DNA from: an uncultured Ignavibacteria bacterium
GTDB lineage: Bacteria; Bacteroidota; Ignavibacteria; SZUA-365
DNA: 64,000 nucleotides
Direction: 5' to 3'
Assembly (NCBI GenBank): GCA_913061095.1
Contig: CAJXVM010000014.1
Coordinates: 16,072 to 80,071, forward strand
The position numbers and the translations under genes were made by a program. Of the stretch, positions 47,902-54,921 are shown in pieces (the first letter of the stretch is position 1; every line of letters starts with the position of its first letter). Below the pieces are notes generated by a model that was given only the letters and a program-made list of their open reading frames with translations, was not told where the DNA came from and did no database searches.

Positions 47902-50016
47902 ATGGACACGCGACGATTTCTTATCCCCCTGCTTCTGATTCTTCTTCTGCCCCTGAGCCTGACCGCCCAGAACGGCGACAAGGAGCGCCGCATCCCGGCG
48001 GAACTTGAGCAGCGGCTCAAAGAGAAGATCCAGCAGGAACAGCAGGAAAAGTCACGCCTGATCACCGCCGAGGAGCTGCTCTCGCTCAAGCGGGTATACT
48101 CGCCGACGGTGTCGCCCGACGGCAAATGGGTGCTGTATTCAATCAGCACGCCCGACATCGAAAAGAACAGCAGCAACGCCGACCTGTACCTGGTGTCCAT
48201 CGACGGACAGCAGCGCTGGCGTCTGACGACGTCTCCCGCGGCGGATTTCGGCGGCGTCTGGTCCCCTGACGGCGAGCGCATCGCCTTTCTCTCGACGCGC
48301 GACGGGAAGCCACAGATCTATGTCATCCCCATCGACGGCGGTGAGGCGCGGAAGGTCAGTGATATCGAGAACGGTGTGAGCAATCTCAGCTGGTCGCCCG
48401 ACGGCGCGCATTTCGCGTTCACGTCGGACGTGAAAATCGACAGCACCGTGGCCGAGCGCTACCCGGAGTACGACAAGGCGCAGGTGCGGATTTATGACGA
48501 CATCCCTGTGCGGCACTGGGACGAGTGGAACGACGAGCAGTACATGCACCTGTTCGTCATGCCGGCCGACGGCGGCGAGGCGCGTGACCTGATGCCGGGC
48601 GAGCGCTGGGAGACACCGCTCAAGCCCTTCGGCGGCGCCGAGCAGATCGCCTGGTCGCCCGACGGGAAGGAAATCGCCTACGTGTCGAAAAAGGTGGAAG
48701 ACTTCGCCGAGAGCACCAACTCGGCCATCTACGTGGTGGATGTTGCGAGCGGAGCGACGCGCAACATTACCGAGGGGATGCCGGGCTTCGACCGCGATCC
48801 GCTGTACTCGCCCGACGGACGCTGGATCGCGTTTCACTCGATGAAGCGCGCCGGACACGAGGCCGACCGCAACCGCCTGATGCTGTATAACCGCGAAAGC
48901 GAAGAGATCACCGAGCTGTCGCGCACACTCGACCAGTGGGTCGGCGGCACGGTGTGGGGACCGGAGAGCGACGTGCTGTACTTCACCGCGGAGGACGGCG
49001 CGACCGTGCAGGTGTACCGCATCGCGGTGGATAACGGCGACTGGGAAATCCTCACCGGCGGCATGTACAATCATGATGGCGGACTGGACATCACGCCCGA
49101 CGGCGAAACGCTTGTCTACGGACGCCGAAACTTCAACATGCCCACGGAATTGTACGCGCAGGATGCCGAGAAGGATGCGCGTCCCTGGCCGCTGACACAG
49201 GAGAACACGCCCGTGCTGCAGAACATCCGCAAGGCACGGATCGAGGAGCGCTGGATTCCCGCAGTGGACGGGAAGAAAATTCAGACCTGGGTGATTTATC
49301 CTCCGGACTTCGATCCCTCGAAGAAGTATCCGCTGATCACATACTGCCAGGGCGGACCGCAGATCACCGTCAGCCAGTTCTTCAGCTTCGCGTGGAATTT
49401 CCTGCTGATGGCTTCGGAGGGATATGTGATCGTGGCGCCGAACCGCCGCGGCCTGCCGGGCTTCGGGCAGGAGTGGAACGACGCGATCAGCCAGGACTGG
49501 GGCGGACTGCCGATGCAGGACATTCTCTCGGCCACCGATGCCATGCTCGCGGAGCCTTACATCGATAAAAATCATGTGTCCGCCATCGGCGCCAGTGCCG
49601 GCGGTTACGCGGTGTTCTGGCTCGCGGGCAATCACGAGGGACGTTTCAGTTCATTCGTGTCGCACTGCGGCGTGTTCAATCTCGAAAGCATGTACGGCGC
49701 CACCGAGGAGCTGTGGTTCACGAACTGGGAGAACGGCGGTCCGTACTGGAACGACGAGGCGCGGAAGAATTACGACCGGCATTCGCCGCATCGCTACGCG
49801 CAGAACTGGGACACGCCGATTCTCATCATCACAGGCGAGTACGACTTCCGCGTGCCGTACACGCAGAGTCTCGAGGCGTACACCGTGGCGCAGGTGAAGG
49901 GTATTCCTTCGAAGCTGATCGTGTATCCCGAGGAGAACCACTGGGTGCTGCACCCGCAGGAGCAGATGATATGGTTTGAGGAGTTTTTTGATTTCATGGA
50001 GAAACACAGGAAATAG
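47902..50016 (+). CDS. S9 family serine peptidase (prolyl oligopeptidase/acylaminoacyl-peptidase type)
   Basis: N-terminal WD40-like/TolB-like propeller ('SPDGKW', 'SPDGERIAF', 'SPDGAHFAF', 'SPDGKEIAY', 'SPDGRWIAF'). Catalytic 'GASAGGY' with downstream D and H regions. Confidence 0.9.
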   Translation: MDTRRFLIPLLLILLLPLSLTAQNGDKERRIPAELEQRLKEKIQQEQQEKSRLITAEELLSLKRVYSPTVSPDGKWVLYSISTPDIEKNSSNADLYLVSIDGQQRWRLTTSPAADFGGVWSPDGERIAFLSTRDGKPQIYVIPIDGGEARKVSDIENGVSNLSWSPDGAHFAFTSDVKIDSTVAERYPEYDKAQVRIYDDIPVRHWDEWNDEQYMHLFVMPADGGEARDLMPGERWETPLKPFGGAEQIAWSPDGKEIAYVSKKVEDFAESTNSAIYVVDVASGATRNITEGMPGFDRDPLYSPDGRWIAFHSMKRAGHEADRNRLMLYNRESEEITELSRTLDQWVGGTVWGPESDVLYFTAEDGATVQVYRIAVDNGDWEILTGGMYNHDGGLDITPDGETLVYGRRNFNMPTELYAQDAEKDARPWPLTQENTPVLQNIRKARIEERWIPAVDGKKIQTWVIYPPDFDPSKKYPLITYCQGGPQITVSQFFSFAWNFLLMASEGYVIVAPNRRGLPGFGQEWNDAISQDWGGLPMQDILSATDAMLAEPYIDKNHVSAIGASAGGYAVFWLAGNHEGRFSSFVSHCGVFNLESMYGATEELWFTNWENGGPYWNDEARKNYDRHSPHRYAQNWDTPILIITGEYDFRVPYTQSLEAYTVAQVKGIPSKLIVYPEENHWVLHPQEQMIWFEEFFDFMEKHRK

Positions 50017-50071
50017 AACAACAGTAGAACCACAGATTGCACGGATTACACAGACGGCTTTTACATGGAAC

Positions 50072-50183
50072 GTCACCCCGAGTAGCGAATGAGCGCAGCG
50101 AGTGAGCGTATCGAGGGGCCGTGTAAGCCAAGCTGTTTGCGGTCCCTCGATACGTCCCTCTTCGCGGGACTACTCGGGATGAC
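50072..50183. repeat. Nested inverted repeat (REP/MITE-like intergenic element)
   Basis: Outer arms 'gtcaccccgagtag' (50072-50085) and 'ctactcgggatgac' (50170-50183), 1 mismatch. Inner arms 'cgtatcgaggg' (50107-50117) and 'ccctcgatacg' (50144-50154), perfect. Confidence 0.5.
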
Positions 50184-50231
50184 AATCCGTGAACATGCGC
50201 TCTGCGTCATCCCGGTAATCAGTGGTTCCTG

Positions 50232-50266
50232 AAAAAACACCCCGGACAGTGATGCTGCCCGGGGTG
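50232..50266 (-). terminator. Intrinsic terminator at the end of the 52902-50293 gene cluster
   Basis: Minus strand: 'caccccgg gcagcatcactgt ccggggtg tttttt'. Confidence 0.7.
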
Positions 50267-50292
50267 TTCTGCATGCGGCGTTCCTGTAGAAT

Positions 50293-50979
50293 CTATTTGA
50301 GAAGCAGCATGCGCCTCATGGATGAAAAGTCCTCTGCCGTCAGGCGATAGAAGTATGCCCCGGATTCCAGGGAGTGTCCCGCTTCGTCGCGTCCGTTCCA
50401 GCGGATTTCATAGACACCGGCATCGACGATGCCATCGGTGAGAACGCGGACGAGGCTGCCGCGCGAGTCGAAAATTTCGAGCCGGGCAGTCGCGCGTTCC
50501 GGTATTTCGAAACGGATGGTCGTGCTGGGATTGAAGGGGTTCGGGTAGTTGCCGTCGAGTGCATAGCCGTCCGCGGCACCGGGAAGGGCCTCGACGGAAG
50601 TCGTGTTGGGAAAGTCGCTTGCATCGCCGGGATTGGTGACGAGCGCGGGATCGCCTGGGAAGGGCTGGCCGATCTGCCAGGTACCGTCGGGATCCTGCAG
50701 CTCCTCGCCGTTGGTGAACCCGTCACCGTCGGAATCCAGGCTCGCCAGCGCGGCGCTCCACTGCACCTGTCCGCCCGCGCCTGGCTGCGTCATGTGATTG
50801 GCCTCGATTTCCTGGCCGAAGTCATTGCGCGCCCCACCACCGCCGGGATTGACATGGCAGTTCGCGCAGGATTTCAGTGTGCCATTGGGAATCTGGTTTG
50901 CACGGAATCCGCGTGCGACGAGAAAGGTCGCGGAGACGAAGAGTCCGAGAAAGAAAACGAGAAGTACTTTTTTCTGCAT
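50293..50979 (-). CDS. Secreted monoheme (CxxCH) protein with thrombospondin type-3-like Ca-binding repeat and T9SS C-terminal sorting domain
   Basis: Signal peptide. 'IPNGTLKSCANCHVNPGGGGARNDFG', 'DSDGDGFTNGEELQD', and CTD 'YPNPFNPSTTIRFEIP...LEIFDSRGSLV...LESGAYFYRL'. Strong AGGAGG RBS 7 nt before the ATG at 50979. Confidence 0.7.
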   Translation of the reverse strand: MQKKVLLVFFLGLFVSATFLVARGFRANQIPNGTLKSCANCHVNPGGGGARNDFGQEIEANHMTQPGAGGQVQWSAALASLDSDGDGFTNGEELQDPDGTWQIGQPFPGDPALVTNPGDASDFPNTTSVEALPGAADGYALDGNYPNPFNPSTTIRFEIPERATARLEIFDSRGSLVRVLTDGIVDAGVYEIRWNGRDEAGHSLESGAYFYRLTAEDFSSMRRMLLLK

Positions 50980-51880
50980 GTATGACCTCCTGTGCAGATG
51001 GTTGTTCGATGCGCGTGGCTCGTGGCGTCTGATAGAATGTCAGCAGACGCGTGATATTGAATCCGATATGCCAGTACCCGTCATTGAAACTGTTCGCCGC
51101 GCCGGCGAGCACCTGCGAGGGATTCAGCAGATCATTGTTAGTGAGAATGATCTTGAAGAAATGTCCGCCGGTTTCCAGCTCGATGCCGAACGCGACCGAG
51201 TTGTGACGTGTGCGCCATCCGGTGACGGTGGGGATCCATTCTGCCAGCACGTTGAAGACATCGGTAATATAATACTGGGCATGGACTCCAACCACAAACG
51301 AGTACTGGCGGTCGGGACAGGCGATATGGCTGTTTTCGACATACGACGGCACAACGCCCAGGGCGAAACGCTCACCGTACATGCTGTTGATGATGAGCTG
51401 GCCGTAATACTGCAGATTGTCTGCATCTGCGGCGTCGACCCCGGGCACTTCGGTATTCCAGGCCGTGCCCAGGCGCACAGCAACGAGCAGGGGCAGCACC
51501 TCGTGACGATAGGAGAAGAGCTGCTGTTTGACATGGAGATCGAGGTTGTCCTGCACGTTGCTGCGGCCCAGGGTCACGGAACCTTTGTCGCTGTAAGCAT
51601 ATCCGAGCGCGAGCCGGATGTTGACGGGTCCGTCGAAGCCCCAGAGGCTGCTGCTGCCGTCTCGCAGCGTAGGGATGAAGCGATGGGAGATCTCAAATTC
51701 GAAGTTGCCCTGCTGCAGCGCTTCCGCCGTCGGCAGATTCACCGCCTGGGTGGAGTGAAACAGCTGCAGCGGAGGGAGGGATTTCGGTTCGCTGCGCTTC
51801 CAGCTCGAACTCCCGCCCTGTGCGATGGCGGAAGCGGAGATGGCCGTAAAGAGAACGAGAATGCGTAGCATCTGCGACAC
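50822..51880 (-). CDS. DUF5777-like outer-membrane beta-barrel protein (ORF runs 158 nt into the next gene)
   Basis: Signal peptide. 'FEFEISHRF', 'GGHFFKIILTNN' and 'WHIGFNITR' resemble the DUF5777 family as I recall it. The Arg-rich tail after 'LLTF' looks non-native. Confidence 0.6.
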   Translation of the reverse strand: MSQMLRILVLFTAISASAIAQGGSSSWKRSEPKSLPPLQLFHSTQAVNLPTAEALQQGNFEFEISHRFIPTLRDGSSSLWGFDGPVNIRLALGYAYSDKGSVTLGRSNVQDNLDLHVKQQLFSYRHEVLPLLVAVRLGTAWNTEVPGVDAADADNLQYYGQLIINSMYGERFALGVVPSYVENSHIACPDRQYSFVVGVHAQYYITDVFNVLAEWIPTVTGWRTRHNSVAFGIELETGGHFFKIILTNNDLLNPSQVLAGAANSFNDGYWHIGFNITRLLTFYQTPRATRIEQPSAQEVIHAEKSTSRFLSRTLRLRDLSRRTRIPCKPDSQWHTEILRELPCQSRRWWGAQ

Positions 51881-51886
51881 GGTCGA

Positions 51887-52456
51887 TTATCCTTGAACGT
51901 TCTTGAGATGGAAATCCAGGACGAGCTGCATGTTCTCGTCGATTTTGAAGAACATGAACTTTGGGATCTCGATGTCGTGGTCGGTAAGCTTGACCTGGAA
52001 TTCGGTGGAGATACGGATGCCGCGTTCCATTCTGCTGACAGTCCCGCTGATGTCCATCGGTTTTTTCACTCCGTGAATATCCATGCTGCCGCGGACTGTC
52101 ACATCGTATCTGCTGCTTCCCGATGATGCCGACACGATGCGTCCGGTGAATTTTGCGTATGGGTATTTGTCCGTATGCAGGTAATCTTCGCGCATATGGC
52201 GGTTTCGGAGTCCGATCCCCGTGTCGATGGTGCGGAGGTCGACTTCAAAGTAGAGTTCGCTGTTTTCCGTCCATGTATCTTGTCCGGCGATCAGATAGCC
52301 GTCGATCTTGTCGGTCACACCTTCGAAATCATCGATGGGCGCATCGGAAATGAATTTCACTTCATTGTCCGCGCTTTTATCTACATGGTATTCCACTTTC
52401 TGCGCCGTGAGGGGATGGGCGAGCAGGAGCAGTACAAGTATTGTCAGTGCTTTCAT
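51887..52456 (-). CDS. YceI family (polyisoprenoid-binding lipocalin-like) periplasmic protein
   Basis: Signal 'MKALTILVLLLLAHPLTAQ'. 'YHVDKSADNEVKFISDAPIDDFEGVTDKIDGYL' and 'FYFEVDLRTIDTGIGLRNRHM' are YceI-like. Confidence 0.85.
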   Translation of the reverse strand: MKALTILVLLLLAHPLTAQKVEYHVDKSADNEVKFISDAPIDDFEGVTDKIDGYLIAGQDTWTENSELYFEVDLRTIDTGIGLRNRHMREDYLHTDKYPYAKFTGRIVSASSGSSRYDVTVRGSMDIHGVKKPMDISGTVSRMERGIRISTEFQVKLTDHDIEIPKFMFFKIDENMQLVLDFHLKNVQG

Positions 52457-52485
52457 CACATCATCTCTCATCGTTTCACGGGACA

Positions 52486-52902
52486 TCAGTCTTCAGGTGC
52501 TCCGCGGTCGATCCAGGCGGCGATGGAATCGATGACAGCCGCGTCGAGGGATCCAGCCGGAGGCATGACCGGCTGACGCTCACGCCGCAACAGTGCAATC
52601 AGCACGCTCTGTCCGCTGCAGCCCGGCTCCACGAGATTCTCGCCGGGATGGTTGAGGCTATTCGCGCCGACCAGCGAGGCGTAGGCCTTTCCCGGACTGA
52701 GATCGAGTCCTGCCTGCGGATTGCTGCCGGCATGACAGCCCGCCGTGGCGCAGGACTGCGCGAAGACATGCTGCTCAATTTCGGAAAATCGCGCAGTGAC
52801 GGTCGCTTCCTCGATGACGTCGCATTCTCTGACGATCTGATCCGCACAGCCGGTCACACCGAGAAGAAGTGCGAGGACGCATATATACAGGATATTTCTC
52901 AT
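52486..52902 (-). CDS. Small lipoprotein with Planctomycete-cytochrome-c (PSCyt1)-like heme-binding domain
   Basis: Lipobox 'LLLGVTGC'. 'IEQHVFAQSCATAGCHAGSNPQAGLDLS...PVMPPAGSLDAAVIDSIAAWIDRGA' follows the PSCyt1 layout, but the Cys spacing is C-x4-CH. Confidence 0.6.
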   Translation of the reverse strand: MRNILYICVLALLLGVTGCADQIVRECDVIEEATVTARFSEIEQHVFAQSCATAGCHAGSNPQAGLDLSPGKAYASLVGANSLNHPGENLVEPGCSGQSVLIALLRRERQPVMPPAGSLDAAVIDSIAAWIDRGAPED

Positions 52903-53132
52903 GCAAAAACTCTTGTATTGCGCGATGCAAAGACTCTGCGCCGTGGCCTGTGCGAGGATGTTCCCGAAGGCAGTGTCGTCCCGGAATTAAAAATTCCGGA
53001 GCCGAATCGTACGGCTTATGGCTCTGAAGGTTGTTACAACGCTAATTTAATATGAGATAATTAAAATTCAAAGGATTTATTTTCCCCTCATTCCGGCTGT
53101 AACTTCTGTCTCCCCTGCGGTATATACCATGA

Positions 53133-53558
53133 TTATTTCCGAAGCTCGAAGCGCCGAAGCATGCGACGCAGCTCTTTCCGGTCGAGCAGGCCGTGAGCCT
53201 CATCGAGTGTCGCCCACCGTCGTCGGCGCAGATGCATTTCCTCCCACGTTTCGCTGATCGCGGTCACCTCCATGGTGAACATCCGCACCCGGCACCGTCC
53301 CTTCCATTTTTCATAGGTGTACTCACCGATCGGCTCTTCGGACAGGACGCCCGATATGCCGGCCTCCTCGGCTGCTTCCTTGCGTGCGGCAGCGCGTGCC
53401 GAATAGCCGGGGTCAATGACGCCCTTTGGAAAAATCCATCGACGGCTTTTCGCCGATGTTATCAGCAGTACTTCGATGCGGCCGTGATGCCGGCGCCAGG
53501 GGATGACGGAGGACTGCTCGTAAAACCAGGGAGGGACCGCTTCGCTGCGCCCGGGCAT
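53133..53558 (-). CDS. NUDIX hydrolase
   Basis: Nudix box 'GVIDPGYSARAAARKEAAEEAGISG' (Gx5Ex7REUxEExGU pattern). Confidence 0.85.
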   Translation of the reverse strand: MPGRSEAVPPWFYEQSSVIPWRRHHGRIEVLLITSAKSRRWIFPKGVIDPGYSARAAARKEAAEEAGISGVLSEEPIGEYTYEKWKGRCRVRMFTMEVTAISETWEEMHLRRRRWATLDEAHGLLDRKELRRMLRRFELRK

Positions 53559-53565
53559 GGCGGAA

Positions 53566-53856
53566 TCAGATGGTGTAGATGAGGAGGAAAATGACGTAGA
53601 ACAGGATCGTTACCGCGAGTGCGACCAGCAGGTTTTTTCCGAGCTGCCGCCATGGGCCCCGGGCGATGGCGAAGCCGTACCGGGCTGCGATTCCACCGGT
53701 GAAGAGCGTGATTCCGGCATAGCCGATAGTCGCCGCCAGCAGGGGATTCAGGTCGATGAGCAGGGCGAGCACCGGTCCGAGGAAAAACACGAGTACGCCG
53801 ATGACGGCACAGAGTGCGTACAGGCTGCTGCCGCCGCTGTCTGATCCGCCGGTCAT
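53566..53856 (-). CDS. Small integral membrane protein (3 predicted TM helices), unknown function
   Basis: 96-aa hydrophobic ORF. 4-nt overlap with the upstream gene, and 7 nt before the NUDIX gene. Confidence 0.5.
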   Translation of the reverse strand: MTGGSDSGGSSLYALCAVIGVLVFFLGPVLALLIDLNPLLAATIGYAGITLFTGGIAARYGFAIARGPWRQLGKNLLVALAVTILFYVIFLLIYTI

Positions 53857-54752
53857 GGTATCTGCCGGATCACTGCTGTGTCACCGGCGCTGTCTGGTAT
53901 GGACTGCTGCTGCTCAAGGCGCTGCCGGTCCAATTCCTCATAATCCAGCTCCGATCCCATCATGCTGTGAGGGATCAGGTACACCAGCATCATGACCACC
54001 GCGGCACCGAGAACCACCCAGCGGCGTCCGGGGTGCTCGGTGAGCGTGGATTTGTTCCACACGGCTGCAATCGCGATCAGCCAAGCGATGAAAGCGATCA
54101 GTGTCTTGTTGTCAGTGAGATCCGTGCCGAAGGGGAAGCCGGTCCAGTACTCACCGAAGGCGAATTTCTGCACGATGGGACCGAGGATGAGTCCTCCGAC
54201 GATGAGCAGTCCCGTAGTGATGAACACATACATCCGGGGCCTGCCGTGCCGGCGCAACGCTTCGATGCCGGTGCGCGTGGAAAAGAGCATGGCGAGAAAC
54301 ATGAAGATGACATGCGGAATCAGTACGCCGGAGGGGACCGCGCCCTTGAAGCGCGTCACCACCGTTTCGTGGTCGGGAATGCGCAGCAGCTCATCGCCAC
54401 CGTCAAGTTCGATGAAATATTCGAGCTTCCCGGCAGGCGGCTGATGCGGGAGCCACCCGATGAGCGAGTCGCCCCGCGCTTCCAGCGGAAGGCGCGTCCA
54501 CGGATCGTCGGTCTTGTAGCGACGGTACACGATCGTCCCGTCAGCCATGCCGTCGCGCTCGGTGCGGACGTACACCGGCTGATCGCCGGCTCCACCATGG
54601 CTCCTGGTCAATGTATAGAACACCGTCAGCTCGCCGACTTCCGCCTGGCCATCCACGGGATACGTGGGTCCGGTCGTGCGCTGGTACATCGCTGATGACA
54701 GCGTGATGAAAAGTGCGAGAATCCAGTAAATAATATTGCGTGTCATCCACAT
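53853..54752 (-). CDS. Integral membrane protein with ~130-aa extracytoplasmic domain, unknown function
   Basis: N-terminal TM 'IIYWILALFITLSSAMY', a soluble segment, then four or more hydrophobic helices. No motif recognised. Confidence 0.55.
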   Translation of the reverse strand: MWMTRNIIYWILALFITLSSAMYQRTTGPTYPVDGQAEVGELTVFYTLTRSHGGAGDQPVYVRTERDGMADGTIVYRRYKTDDPWTRLPLEARGDSLIGWLPHQPPAGKLEYFIELDGGDELLRIPDHETVVTRFKGAVPSGVLIPHVIFMFLAMLFSTRTGIEALRRHGRPRMYVFITTGLLIVGGLILGPIVQKFAFGEYWTGFPFGTDLTDNKTLIAFIAWLIAIAAVWNKSTLTEHPGRRWVVLGAAVVMMLVYLIPHSMMGSELDYEELDRQRLEQQQSIPDSAGDTAVIRQIP

Positions 54753-54921
54753 CGTCAGGTTGAGAATACAATGCTTCCAATATGGGACGAAAAAGCACAT
54801 GCACGCAATGCCGCGGGAATTGGATTTCCGTCGCTCCGCCGTATTTTACCGTGGTGATTCCACACGGGGGACGGGAGAGCAGGACACGGAACTTCTCAAA
54901 CGGAAACGAACGAGGTCGAAC

